Assembly: GCA_965261395.1 (NCBI GenBank)
Contig: OZ253462.1
Location: forward strand, 5,120,001 to 5,184,000
DNA: 64,000 nt
Direction: 5' to 3'
From: Candidatus Latescibacterota bacterium
Lineage (GTDB): Bacteria > Latescibacterota > UBA2968 > UBA8231
Part shown: positions 8,517-18,471 of the stretch, piece by piece
How positions within the stretch are numbered: position 1 is the stretch's first letter
Layout: each line of letters starts with the position of its first letter
Notes under the pieces: model-generated
What the model was told of the DNA's origin: nothing
What the model saw: the letters and a program-made list of their open reading frames with translations, nothing else
Databases searched by the model: none
Program-made: the position numbers and the translations under genes

Positions 8517-9992
8517 ATGGCTAAAGCCAAGGCTAAAGCCAAAACGAAAGCCAAAGCCAAAACGAAGTCATCCGGGCCCAGCGCGGTCGATGCCGCGCTG
8601 GCCTTAGCACGCAACCAACAAGCGCAGATGGTCGATTTCAAGTTCGTCGATCTGCCCGGCACCTGGCAGCACTTTACCATGCCCATCGCCGGCCTCGAAC
8701 CCGACCTGTTCGACGATGGCCTCGGCTTCGATGGCTCCTCCATCCGCGGATGGAGGGCGATCGACGAATCCGACATGCTCGTCGTGCCCGATCCGACCAC
8801 CGCCGTGATGGATCCGTTCACCCAGGTGCCCACCCTGTCGCTGATCTGCTCGATTGAAGACCCCATCACCCGCCAGCCCTATAACCGCGATCCCCGCGGC
8901 GTTGCCCAGCGCGCTCAAGCCTACTTGCTGCGCACCCAGCTGGCCGACACGGCGTTTTTCGGGCCGGAAGCGGAGTTTTTCATCTTCGACAACATCCAGT
9001 TCGACCAGCAAGCCCATCAGGCTTTCTATGCGATTGACTCGACCGAAGGACGCTGGAACAGCGGCGCCGACGAAGGGCCTAACCTCGGCTACAAGCCCGA
9101 CTACAAGGGCGGCTACTTCCCCGTGCCGCCCACGGACTCCCAGCAAGACATCCGCAGTGAGATGGTGCAGACGATGCTCGACTGCGGCATCGACGTGGAG
9201 ATTCACCACCACGAGGTGGGCACCGCCGGCCAGGGCGAAATCGACATCCGCTTTTGCCCGCTGTTGATCTGCGGCGACCGGATGATGATGTACAAATACA
9301 TCGTCAAGAATGTGGCACGGCAGCACGGCAAGACGGCTACGTTCATGCCCAAGCCGCTGTTTGAGGACAACGGCACCGGCATGCACACCCACCAGAGTCT
9401 GTGGCAGGGCGACCAGCCGCTGTTTGCTGGCAGCGGCTATGCGGGTATCAGCCAGATGGCGCTGCACTACATCGGCGGGTTGTTGCACCACGCACCGGCG
9501 CTGTTGGCGTTTACCAATCCGACGACCAACTCCTACAAGCGGCTGGTGCCCGGCTACGAGGCCCCGGTGAACTTGGCCTACTCGCAGCGCAACCGCAGTG
9601 CGTCGGTGCGCATTCCGATGTATTCGCCTAGTCCCAAGAGCAAGCGGGTGGAGTTCCGTTGTCCGGACCCGTCGTGCAACATTTACTTGGCGCTGTCGGC
9701 GATGCTGATGGCGGGGTTGGACGGGATCGAGCAGCAGATGGATCCGGGGGAACCGCTGGACAAGAATCTGTATGATCTGTCGGCGGAGGAACGGGCGGGG
9801 GTGCCGCAGACGGCCGGCTCATTGGAGGCGTCGTTGGATCACTTGGAGCAGGATCGGGACTTTCTGTTGCAGGGCGATGTGTTCTCCGACGACCTGATCG
9901 ACGCGTGGATCGACTACAAGCGCACCGAAGAGGTCGATGCCCTCCGACTGCGTCCGCATCCCTATGAGTTCTCACTCTACTACGACGTGTAA
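8517..9992 (+). CDS. glnA: Glutamine synthetase type I
   Basis: [50 protein letters not shown], adenylylation motif [12 protein letters not shown]. Confidence 0.97.
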   Translation: MAKAKAKAKTKAKAKTKSSGPSAVDAALALARNQQAQMVDFKFVDLPGTWQHFTMPIAGLEPDLFDDGLGFDGSSIRGWRAIDESDMLVVPDPTTAVMDPFTQVPTLSLICSIEDPITRQPYNRDPRGVAQRAQAYLLRTQLADTAFFGPEAEFFIFDNIQFDQQAHQAFYAIDSTEGRWNSGADEGPNLGYKPDYKGGYFPVPPTDSQQDIRSEMVQTMLDCGIDVEIHHHEVGTAGQGEIDIRFCPLLICGDRMMMYKYIVKNVARQHGKTATFMPKPLFEDNGTGMHTHQSLWQGDQPLFAGSGYAGISQMALHYIGGLLHHAPALLAFTNPTTNSYKRLVPGYEAPVNLAYSQRNRSASVRIPMYSPSPKSKRVEFRCPDPSCNIYLALSAMLMAGLDGIEQQMDPGEPLDKNLYDLSAEERAGVPQTAGSLEASLDHLEQDRDFLLQGDVFSDDLIDAWIDYKRTEEVDALRLRPHPYEFSLYYDV

Positions 9993-10017
9993 ATTCAAAC
10001 TACCTTACAAACGACAC

Positions 10018-10051
10018 AAAAGGGGCGGTGCCAGCTTGGCATCGCCCCTTT
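10018..10051 (+). terminator. Rho-independent terminator after glnA
   Basis: AAAGGGGCGGTGCCA-GCT-TGGCATCGCCCCTTT followed by a T-rich tail. Confidence 0.8.
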
Positions 10052-10111
10052 ACATTTTTGGTAAGCCCGCGCGATTTTCGTATATTCAGCCCACCAAAAT
10101 AAGGAGAACAT

Positions 10112-10906
10112 ATGCACTTCTTGACGATCCTAGTGCTCGCCATCCTCCCACTCGCAACGTACGCCGATGCAGATCCGCAGGCGCAGTACGCAGTCCAACG
10201 CGCGCTCGAACCGGTCGTTGTCGATGGCAAATTGGACGAATTCTCGTGGGAACGGGCGCATCAAATCAACCGCTTCGAGCGCATCCTCAACGACTACGAC
10301 GAGGTGCTCTTTCCCACGCGGGCGAAGATGCTGTGGGATGGCGACTACTTTTACTTTGCCTTCGTCTGTCAAGACGCGGACATGTGGGCCATCTACGAAG
10401 AGGAAGACGATCCGCTGTGGGGAGAGGAAGTCGTGGAGATCTTTATCGACCCCGACGGCGACGGCAAACGCTACCTAGAGCTGGAGGTCAACCCGCGCAA
10501 TGTGGTCGTCGATTTGCTGATCTATTCGGTGTCACCCGAGTGGCACTCGTCCAAAGACTGGGATATCGCCGGGCTTAAAACAGCGGTCCGAGCTTACGGC
10601 ACCGTCAACGACTCGCTCGCGCTCGACTGGGGCTGGACTGCGGAAATCGCCATTCCCTGGGCCGCTCTAGCCGATAGCGTCACCGGTGGCGCGCGCCCGA
10701 CAGCAGGCGATGTCTGGCGACTCAACCTCTACCGCATCGAACGCAAGGGCGGGCGCAATCTAAAAAGCCGCCTAAACGACCTCCAAGACGCAGACGCGCT
10801 CCAGCAGCACTACCACGAGCAGACCGAGTACACGGCCTGGAGCGAAACCTACCAGCGCGGCTTTCACCACCCCGACCGCTTTGGCGCGGTGCAATTTGCG
10901 GAATAA
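10112..10906 (+). CDS. Secreted CBM9-like (DOMON-like) carbohydrate-binding protein
   Basis: Signal peptide, VDGKLDEFSW, EVVEIFIDPDGDG..YLELEVNP, WTAEIAIPW, FHHPDRFG. Confidence 0.8.
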   Translation: MHFLTILVLAILPLATYADADPQAQYAVQRALEPVVVDGKLDEFSWERAHQINRFERILNDYDEVLFPTRAKMLWDGDYFYFAFVCQDADMWAIYEEEDDPLWGEEVVEIFIDPDGDGKRYLELEVNPRNVVVDLLIYSVSPEWHSSKDWDIAGLKTAVRAYGTVNDSLALDWGWTAEIAIPWAALADSVTGGARPTAGDVWRLNLYRIERKGGRNLKSRLNDLQDADALQQHYHEQTEYTAWSETYQRGFHHPDRFGAVQFAE

Positions 10907-10912
10907 GCAGCC

Positions 10913-11500
10913 ATGGATAAGCTCTTAGCCCTCTGCCTGTTACTCGTCCTGCCGGCGCTGGCCGCGGCCGATGTGGAAGGCATGGTATGGATCGGCCCGG
11001 ACTTCTACATCGACATGTACGAGTACCCCAACCAGCGCGGTGCCCTCCCCACAGTCGACGTCACCTGGGGCGAAGCGGAATCGCTCTGTGCAGCGCAAGG
11101 CAAACGGCTGTGTACCGAACAGGAATGGCAGAAAGCCTGCACCGGGCCGCAGAATTTTGCGTATTCCTATGGTGCAGAATTCGAGCCGGGGCGCTGCAAT
11201 ACGCGCTTTGCCGTCGATGGGGTCTGGCAGCGTGGACCGGGCCTAGCGCCCAGCGGTGCGTATGCAGGCTGCACCAATGACTACGGGGCCTACGACATGA
11301 TCGGCAATGCTTGGGAGTGGACCGCATCCTGGTATTCGCGCTCCGACCGCTGGCGGATCGTGCGCGGCGGCTCCTTTTTCCACAGCGTCAACCTAGCCCG
11401 GGCCGACACCCGCTACGGGCGGTTCCTCGACCCCGACTACCGCCTCGATTTAGTGGGCTTCCGCTGTTGTCTCTCGGCTGCTGCTCCTCAAGCGCCGTAA
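10913..11500 (+). CDS. FGE/SUMF1-like domain protein, secreted
   Basis: GKRLCTEQEWQKAC, YDMIGNAWEW, RGGSF, GFRCC. Confidence 0.85.
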   Translation: MDKLLALCLLLVLPALAAADVEGMVWIGPDFYIDMYEYPNQRGALPTVDVTWGEAESLCAAQGKRLCTEQEWQKACTGPQNFAYSYGAEFEPGRCNTRFAVDGVWQRGPGLAPSGAYAGCTNDYGAYDMIGNAWEWTASWYSRSDRWRIVRGGSFFHSVNLARADTRYGRFLDPDYRLDLVGFRCCLSAAAPQAP

Positions 11501-11504
11501 CGCC

Positions 11505-12041
11505 ATGGCCATTCGCAAGGTGTCGCGGATGGGACATCCGGTGCTGCGCCAACGCGCCGTAGAGATCCCCCCTGCCCAGATGCAAAGCCCCCAGATGCAG
11601 CGCTTAATCGACGACATGATCGAGACCATGATCGACTACGAGGGCATTGGCTTGGCCGCGCCGCAAGTCTTTGAACCCTTGCGACTGATCGTCCTCGGCG
11701 ACCCAGAAGCCGACCCCCAAGACGAGACCGCTATCCCGTTGACCGTGCTCTTCAATCCGCAGTTTACCACCCTGTCGCCGGAGCATCTAGACGGCTGGGA
11801 AGGCTGCTTGAGCATCCCCCAATTGCGCGGCGGCGTCCCGCGCTCGGCAGCCGTCGAGGTCCGGGGCTACGACCGCGAGGGTCGAGCGGTGGAGCAGACG
11901 GCAGAGGGGCTTTTTTCCCGCGTCCTCCAGCACGAAATTGACCATCTCGACGGCGTGCTCTTCCCAGACCGCATGGCCGATCTACAGACCCTTACCTTTA
12001 TAGAAGAATATCAACGCTATTGGCTCGATGCCGAAGCGTGA
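11505..12041 (+). CDS. def: Peptide deformylase
   Basis: GIGLAAPQV, EGCLS, QHEIDHLDG. Confidence 0.96.
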   Translation: MAIRKVSRMGHPVLRQRAVEIPPAQMQSPQMQRLIDDMIETMIDYEGIGLAAPQVFEPLRLIVLGDPEADPQDETAIPLTVLFNPQFTTLSPEHLDGWEGCLSIPQLRGGVPRSAAVEVRGYDREGRAVEQTAEGLFSRVLQHEIDHLDGVLFPDRMADLQTLTFIEEYQRYWLDAEA

Positions 12042-12133
12042 GGCCGCCGGGTCGGTGAGAGAGAGCCGACTTGACAACCGCCCCAGACCTCGTACTATGT
12101 TTGCGTTCATTTCCAACCCTATCAGATACGCCC

Positions 12134-15100
12134 ATGGATCCCCGCTTCTCACTTGAACAAGGCACGGGCATTTACACCGGCAACGAGCTGATCGTTAAGG
12201 GTGCCTTAGAAAGCCAAGTCGGCATCATCACCGGGTACCCCGGCTCGCCCTTGGCCGAGCTTTTCGAGACTCTCGAAAACAACAAGGACCTCTTTAACGA
12301 ACACGGCATCGTCGCGCAGATAGCCAACAACGAAGCCCTCGCCGCGGCCCGCCTCAACGGCTCGCAGATGGAGGGCATTCGCGCCTTGGGCGTGATGAAG
12401 AGCGTCGGCCTGCACGTGGCGGCCGACGGGTTGGCCCTTGGCAATATGGTCGGTGCGTCGCCCAGCGGGGGTGTCCTAGTCGCCGTGGGCGATGACACTT
12501 GGTCCGAGGGCACCCAAGTACCGGCTGACTCGCGCTTTCTATCCCAGCATCTCTACATGCCGGTCCTCGAACCCGCGACCTTTCAGGAAATCAAGGACTG
12601 GATCGGGAAGGGCTTTGAGTTGTCGCGGCGCTCGCGCCTCTATCTGACCTATCTGGTCACCTCCAACCAAGCCGACGGCGGCGGCAGCGTCACCGTCTAT
12701 CACAACCGCTTTGCCGCCATCAACCGCAAGCAGCGCATCGCGCTGGACACCAGCACCATTTGCTCTGACGACCGCGTCATTATCCCGCCAGCTACGGCGC
12801 TCAAAGAGAGTGAAGTCGTCCACCAGCGCTACCCCCACCTGTGGCAGTTAGCGCGAGAGGCGGGCATCAACCAAATCCTCTATCCTCCGAGCGCGGCCCC
12901 CAAGCCGCTGGGCTTTATCACCTCTGGCTTGGCGTATAGCTATCTCGAACACGCCCTGCACATCCTCGGGCTGACCGGGCATTTCCCCATCCTCAAGCTG
13001 GGTATTACCTACCCGGTCGATCCCCACATGATCGCGCGCTTTGCCGATTGCGCGCAGACCTTCTGCGTGGTCGAGGAAAAGCGGCCCTTTATCGAGCCGC
13101 AGATCGCCGCCGAGTTGGCGCGGCAACAAGACCTCGCCCCCGCGCTGTGGGGCAAGCGCTTCCCGGGCAATGTCCCAGGCTTTCCCGATGTCCAGGGCCT
13201 GCACCCCTCGCTCATCGTCCAAGACCTATCTCGCCTCTTTACCGCGCTGGACGCCGAGCTGCCCATCGACCGCGAGAAACTACAGGCCGAACTCGACGCC
13301 TTGGCACCCGTGCCCTCCACCACGACCGTTCCACCGCGCGCTCCCTCTTTCTGCCCGGGGTGTCCACACCGCGACTCGGCCAGCGTGCTCAAGAAAGCCG
13401 CGGCCGACTTGGCTGCGCCGCCCGAGGGCCAAGCCCCCGTAGATTTGGTCTTCCACGGCGACATCGGCTGCTACTCCATGCTCAAATACGCGCCGTTTTC
13501 CGAGCTGATGCACAATCTTTCCGGCATGGGCTTGGGCGGCGGCACCGGCGCGGGCATCGACCCCTTCATCGATAACAAACAGGTCGTCTTCATGGGGGAT
13601 TCGACCTTTTTCCACACCGGTATGATCGCCATCTCCGACTCGATCAAAAACGGCCAGGACATCACCTACATCATCCTCGACAACAAGACCACGGCCATGA
13701 CCGGGCACCAGCCCACCCCAGGCGTGGACGTCGACGTCTTGGGCAAACCGACCTTTGCCCAAGACATCGAAAAGACCGTCGCTGGCCTAGCGGGCGACTC
13801 GTCGGCCTTTATCGCCCGCATGGACCCATCCCAACGCCAGGACTACGACGCCCTCGTCCGCAAGACCTTGCTCCGCGACGGGGTCAAAATCATCATCGCC
13901 GACAAGGAATGCGGCATCACCTACCACCGCCGCGAGCGGGCGCGCCAAAGCGCGATCGCCAAAGAACAGGGCTTCCTGCCGGTCGAAAAGCACATCAACA
14001 TCAGCGAAGACGTCTGCGAGTACTGCCTCGAATGCACCCAGGCTACCGGGTGCAGCGGCCTGACGGTCGCGGCCGCCACCGAGTACGGCCCCAAGATCGC
14101 CATCGACCCTTCCTCCTGCGTTGCCGACGGGGCCTGCACCCGGGTCGAAGTCGGCGATGGCGACAAAACCTGTCCCTCGTTTGAGGAGGTCACGGTCCAG
14201 CGCAAAGCCCCACCCACCGTCTCGACCCCTCCCATTGACGTCGGCCAGTTGCCCACGCCCGCACACCGACCCCTCTCCGACATCTGGTACACCTACATAG
14301 CCGGGGTCGGCGGCATGGGCGTCAACGTAGTGGCCTCGGTGCTGGCTCAAGCCGGGGTGCGGCAGGGCTACGAGGTGCGGCTGACCAACAAGAAGGGGCT
14401 GGCCATCCGCAACGGCTCGGTCTATTCGCATTTGAGCTACGCGCCCAAGGGAACTCCGGTCTCCCCGCTGATTCCCTGTGGCAAGGCCGACTTGCTCTTC
14501 GGGCTCGACGTACTCGAAGCGGCGCGGGGCCTCGAACCCCAAGGCCGCTACCGCATCGCCCACCCGGAGCGCACCGCAGCCATCGTCAATACCGCCAAGA
14601 CCCCCACGATCGACACCCTCATCGGCCAAGAGGACTTCTCGGCCGAAGTCCAAGCCGACCTAATCCGCCAACACACCCGCCAAGACGCGTACTTCGGCAC
14701 GGATCTCTTCCGCATCTGCGAGCACTACTTGGGCAATAAGCTCTACGCCAACATCATGATGCTCGGCGTGGCCTTCCAACGCGGGTTGCTCTCCCTAGAG
14801 CTAGATACTTTGCTCTGGGCCATAGGCCGGGCCGTGCGCCGCGACCTAGAGACCAACCTAAAAGCCTTTAACATGGGACGGTACCTAGCGCTCGATCCGA
14901 ACCATTTTCCACTCGAAGAAAAACCACTTAGCTACGCCGAACTCGTCGCCGACAAAACTGCGCTACTGACTCGGACGCGGGGCAAGCGCGTCGCCGAGGC
15001 CTACCGCGACCGCATCCGCGATACGCCCATCGCCGTAGCGCGACGGCACTTCGCGCTGCGGGTGTACGACCTGATCCAGTACGAAAACCTCGCGTACGCC

Positions 15101-15688
15101 GACCGCTATATCCACCAAGTGCTCGCCGTGCAGGCCAAAGACGGGCCCGAGCGCAATTTCGCAGCCACCCGCACGGTCATCCACCAGCTCGCCAAGGTCC
15201 TCGCCATCAAGGACGAAATCTACGTGGCCTATCTACTCACCTGCGAGGAGAAGTACCGCCGCGACCGCCGCCGCTACAACATCGACCCGAGCCGCGGCGA
15301 CCGCATCCGCTACCGCCACCTGAACCGGCCGAACCTGCGCCTGTTTGGCCGCGACTTCCGCCCGGATATCAAGCTAGGCGATAGGCCGCTGAAGTTGATC
15401 GCCCGCATGAAGTTCCTCCGCCGGCTCTGCTCCTCGTGGTGGCACCTCGAAGAGCGCGACTTCGTCGCTTGGTACGAAGGCCTAATCGCCGACTTTTCTC
15501 CTCATTCCGCCGCCGAGTACGACATTTGGGTGCAAGTCCTGTCGCTGCCCGAGGAGGTGCGCGGCTACCGCGGCGTCCGGCAGCCCAAGATGGAGGCGGC
15601 CAAGGTGCGGGCCGCCGAACTGCTAGCCGGACGCGAGCCCACCCCAGACCCAGCGCTGTTGCAGATCTCCGTATCCATTGTAAGCTAA
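12134..15688 (+). CDS. Fused indolepyruvate ferredoxin oxidoreductase (alpha+beta) family protein
   Basis: GYPGSP, FCPGCPH, GDIGCY, TPP motif GDSTFFH..N, ferredoxin-like Cys cluster, GVGGMG beta domain. Confidence 0.88.
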   Translation: MDPRFSLEQGTGIYTGNELIVKGALESQVGIITGYPGSPLAELFETLENNKDLFNEHGIVAQIANNEALAAARLNGSQMEGIRALGVMKSVGLHVAADGLALGNMVGASPSGGVLVAVGDDTWSEGTQVPADSRFLSQHLYMPVLEPATFQEIKDWIGKGFELSRRSRLYLTYLVTSNQADGGGSVTVYHNRFAAINRKQRIALDTSTICSDDRVIIPPATALKESEVVHQRYPHLWQLAREAGINQILYPPSAAPKPLGFITSGLAYSYLEHALHILGLTGHFPILKLGITYPVDPHMIARFADCAQTFCVVEEKRPFIEPQIAAELARQQDLAPALWGKRFPGNVPGFPDVQGLHPSLIVQDLSRLFTALDAELPIDREKLQAELDALAPVPSTTTVPPRAPSFCPGCPHRDSASVLKKAAADLAAPPEGQAPVDLVFHGDIGCYSMLKYAPFSELMHNLSGMGLGGGTGAGIDPFIDNKQVVFMGDSTFFHTGMIAISDSIKNGQDITYIILDNKTTAMTGHQPTPGVDVDVLGKPTFAQDIEKTVAGLAGDSSAFIARMDPSQRQDYDALVRKTLLRDGVKIIIADKECGITYHRRERARQSAIAKEQGFLPVEKHINISEDVCEYCLECTQATGCSGLTVAAATEYGPKIAIDPSSCVADGACTRVEVGDGDKTCPSFEEVTVQRKAPPTVSTPPIDVGQLPTPAHRPLSDIWYTYIAGVGGMGVNVVASVLAQAGVRQGYEVRLTNKKGLAIRNGSVYSHLSYAPKGTPVSPLIPCGKADLLFGLDVLEAARGLEPQGRYRIAHPERTAAIVNTAKTPTIDTLIGQEDFSAEVQADLIRQHTRQDAYFGTDLFRICEHYLGNKLYANIMMLGVAFQRGLLSLELDTLLWAIGRAVRRDLETNLKAFNMGRYLALDPNHFPLEEKPLSYAELVADKTALLTRTRGKRVAEAYRDRIRDTPIAVARRHFALRVYDLIQYENLAYADRYIHQVLAVQAKDGPERNFAATRTVIHQLAKVLAIKDEIYVAYLLTCEEKYRRDRRRYNIDPSRGDRIRYRHLNRPNLRLFGRDFRPDIKLGDRPLKLIARMKFLRRLCSSWWHLEERDFVAWYEGLIADFSPHSAAEYDIWVQVLSLPEEVRGYRGVRQPKMEAAKVRAAELLAGREPTPDPALLQISVSIVS

Positions 15689-15692
15689 CCTC

Positions 15693-16160
15693 GTGATTCG
15701 ACCCTATCGCCCAGAGGACTTGGCCGCGCTCAAGCGCATTACGGCCGTCTGCTTCCCCGGGGTATCCATCGACCACAACATCGAGCAGCGCTTCGGGCTA
15801 ATCGGCGGCCGCGACTGGCAATTTCGCAAGCTGCGCCACATCGACGACGACGTGGTCGGCGAGCGGGCGAGCGGCGTCTTTGTATGGGAGTCAGACGGCG
15901 AGGTCGTCGGCTACATCACCACCCGCATCGACCACGAGAGTAAAATCGGCGGGATTCCCAACATCGCCGTCCTGCCGCACTGCCAAGGCGAGGGCGTGGG
16001 CCGCCAGCTCTTAGAGCACGCCCTCGCGCACCTGCGCGCCGCCGGTATGGAGTACGCCAAAATCGAGACGCTGGCGCAAAACCCCATCGGTGCGCACTTG
16101 TATCCCAGCCTCGGCTTTGAGGAAGTCGCCCGCCAGATCCACTATTGCACGCGCCTGTGA
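15693..16160 (+). CDS. GNAT N-acetyltransferase
   Basis: IAVLPHCQGEGVGRQLL acetyl-CoA motif, LYPSLGF. Confidence 0.85.
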   Translation: MIRPYRPEDLAALKRITAVCFPGVSIDHNIEQRFGLIGGRDWQFRKLRHIDDDVVGERASGVFVWESDGEVVGYITTRIDHESKIGGIPNIAVLPHCQGEGVGRQLLEHALAHLRAAGMEYAKIETLAQNPIGAHLYPSLGFEEVARQIHYCTRL

Positions 16161-16171
16161 TTGGTAGAGAT

Positions 16172-16852
16172 ATGACGCCGAAAGAAGCCGCAGGCCGCCG
16201 CGCCGCCGAGTACATTGAAGCCGGTATGATCGTGGGGTTGGGCACTGGCTCGACCGTCGAATGGACCATCCGCGCCCTTGGAGAGCGAGTCGCGGCCGGG
16301 CTGGCGGTTACGGCCATCCCCACCTCAGAAGCCACGACCGCCTTGGCCCGCGCCCTCGGCATTGAGCTGATGACGCTCGCCGAGGTAGCCAGCGTCGATT
16401 TGACCATCGACGGGGCCGACGAGGTCGATCCCAGCCTCGACTTAATCAAGGGCCTCGGCGGCGCGCTCCTGCGCGAGAAAGTCGTCGCCTCCATCACCAC
16501 GCGCCAAATCATTGTCGCCGATCCATCCAAGCTAGTCGATCGGCTCGGCACCAAGGCCCCGCTGCCGATCGAGGTCGTCCCCTGGTCCCATCCCCTCATC
16601 GCGCGGGGTCTCGAAGAACGGAGCCTCGAACCAGCCTTGCGCTTGCGCGCACCGAACATCCCTTTTGTCACCGACAACGGCAACTACGTCATCGACGCTC
16701 GCTTTCCCGAGGGGATCGACGACGCCCGCGCAACCGAGCGCTGGCTCAACACCCTGCCCGGGGTCGTGGAAAACGGACTTTTTATCGGCATGACCCATCT
16801 CGTGATCGTCGGCCAAGACGACGGCTCCTGCCACCTGATCAACAAAAGCTGA
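16172..16852 (+). CDS. rpiA: Ribose-5-phosphate isomerase A
   Basis: GLGTGST, IDGADEVD, IKGLGGALLREK, PGVVENGLF. Confidence 0.96.
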   Translation: MTPKEAAGRRAAEYIEAGMIVGLGTGSTVEWTIRALGERVAAGLAVTAIPTSEATTALARALGIELMTLAEVASVDLTIDGADEVDPSLDLIKGLGGALLREKVVASITTRQIIVADPSKLVDRLGTKAPLPIEVVPWSHPLIARGLEERSLEPALRLRAPNIPFVTDNGNYVIDARFPEGIDDARATERWLNTLPGVVENGLFIGMTHLVIVGQDDGSCHLINKS

Positions 16853-16859
16853 GATTCCC

Positions 16860-17987
16860 ATGCACGATTCTGCACCGCGCTCGCGCCGCTCCTTTCTGCA
16901 AAGCGCCCCGCTGCTAGCGGCTGGCACCTTGGCCGCCTGTGGCGAGAGCCAGCAACAGCAAGCGGCCCCGGCCGTCCAATCCCAACAGCACTTCAAGTGG
17001 AAGATGGTCACCACCTGGCCTAAGAACTTTCCGGCCTTGGGCACCGGGGCCAACAACCTCGCCCACAGCATTGCGGCTCTCTCCGGGGGACGCCTGCAAG
17101 TCAAGGTGTACGGCGCGGGGGAGTTGGTGCCGGCCTCGGGCGTATTCGACGCGGTCTCCGGCGGCACCGCCGAGATGGGCCACGGAGCCGCTTACTACTG
17201 GAAGGGCAAGCACGAGGCGACCCAATTTTTCTCGGCCGTCCCCTTTGGGCTAAACGCGGCCGAGATCAACGGCTGGCTGCGCTATGGTGGCGGCCAGAGC
17301 CTGTGGGACGAACTCTACGCCCCCTTCAACCTCCGAGCCTTTCCCGTCGGCAACACCGGCGTGCAGATGGGCGGTTGGTTCAACAGGGAAATCAATACCC
17401 TGACCGACTTCTCCGGCTTGGTCATGCGGATGCCGGGCTTGGGCGGCGAGGTCCTGCGCCGCCTAGAAGTCACGGTCAAAGCCCTGCCCGGCGGCGAAAT
17501 CTTCCAAGCCCTCAGGACCGGTGCCATCGACGCCACCGAATGGGTTGGCCCGTACAACGATCTCGCCTTTGGACTGCACCAAGCCGCCAAATACTACTAT
17601 TGGCCGGGCTGGCACGAGCCGGGAACCGCGCTAGAGTGCATGGTCAACAAGCAAGCCTTGGAAGCCCTCCCCGCAGACCTCCAAGCCGTCGTCGCATACG
17701 CCTGCCAAGCGGCCAACGACGACATGTTCAGCGAGTTCACCGCGCGCAACAGCCAAGCCCTCAAGACCTTGGTCGACGAACACGGCGTCCAGCTCAGGCG
17801 CTTTCCCGACGAGCTCTTGGCGCAAATCGGCAAAGTGGCCGCCGAAGTCGTCGCCGAGATCGCGGGCCAAGACCCCTTTTCCAGCCGGGTCTATAGCTCG
17901 TTTGACGCCTTCCGCAAAAACTCCATCGCATACACGCGCATCTCCGAGGAAGCTTATACCCAGGCCCGCGCCCTGACCTTTGGCTGA
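16860..17987 (+). CDS. dctP: TRAP transporter solute-binding protein (TakP-like, Tat signal)
   Basis: SRRSFL Tat motif, WKMVTTWP, GNTGVQMGGWFNREI, EWVGPYND. Confidence 0.9.
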   Translation: MHDSAPRSRRSFLQSAPLLAAGTLAACGESQQQQAAPAVQSQQHFKWKMVTTWPKNFPALGTGANNLAHSIAALSGGRLQVKVYGAGELVPASGVFDAVSGGTAEMGHGAAYYWKGKHEATQFFSAVPFGLNAAEINGWLRYGGGQSLWDELYAPFNLRAFPVGNTGVQMGGWFNREINTLTDFSGLVMRMPGLGGEVLRRLEVTVKALPGGEIFQALRTGAIDATEWVGPYNDLAFGLHQAAKYYYWPGWHEPGTALECMVNKQALEALPADLQAVVAYACQAANDDMFSEFTARNSQALKTLVDEHGVQLRRFPDELLAQIGKVAAEVVAEIAGQDPFSSRVYSSFDAFRKNSIAYTRISEEAYTQARALTFG

Positions 17988-17994
17988 CGCCCGC

Positions 17995-18471
17995 ATGGAA
18001 CGCCTCAACCGCTTCATCGTCCACACCGTACCTTGGCTGACGCTGGGCATGGTCTTGGTGACCTTTGTCATTGTGATCTTGCGCTACCTCTTTGGACGCG
18101 GCTGGGTCTGGATGCAGGAAATAGCCCTGTACATGCACGCCTTTACCTTCCTCCTCGCGGCCGGCTACACCCTCTCGCGCGACGCGCACGTCCGCGTCGA
18201 TATCCTCTACCGACCCTTGGACGTCCGCCGCAAGGCCCTAGTCAATCTCTTGGGCAGCGCGCTGCTGCTGATTCCCTGCTGCACGGTGCTGATCTACCAG
18301 TCGCTGCCCTTTGTCGCCGACTCCTGGGCCGTGTTCGAAGGCTCCCAAGACGGCGGCGGCTTGGAGGCGGTCTATCTGCTCAAAACCGCCATTCCCCTGT
18401 GCTTCGTGCTGCTGTTTTTGCAAGCCCTAGCCATCATTCACCACAGCGTGCAAACCCTCCGCACCCAATGA
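17995..18471 (+). CDS. dctQ: TRAP transporter small permease
   Basis: Four TM segments, HVRVDILY motif. Confidence 0.88.
   Translation: MERLNRFIVHTVPWLTLGMVLVTFVIVILRYLFGRGWVWMQEIALYMHAFTFLLAAGYTLSRDAHVRVDILYRPLDVRRKALVNLLGSALLLIPCCTVLIYQSLPFVADSWAVFEGSQDGGGLEAVYLLKTAIPLCFVLLFLQALAIIHHSVQTLRTQ

Noticed and set aside
18033-18467. 609-aa version of dctM
   Set aside because: The extension overlaps dctQ in another frame; the real start is the ATGA-coupled 18468.
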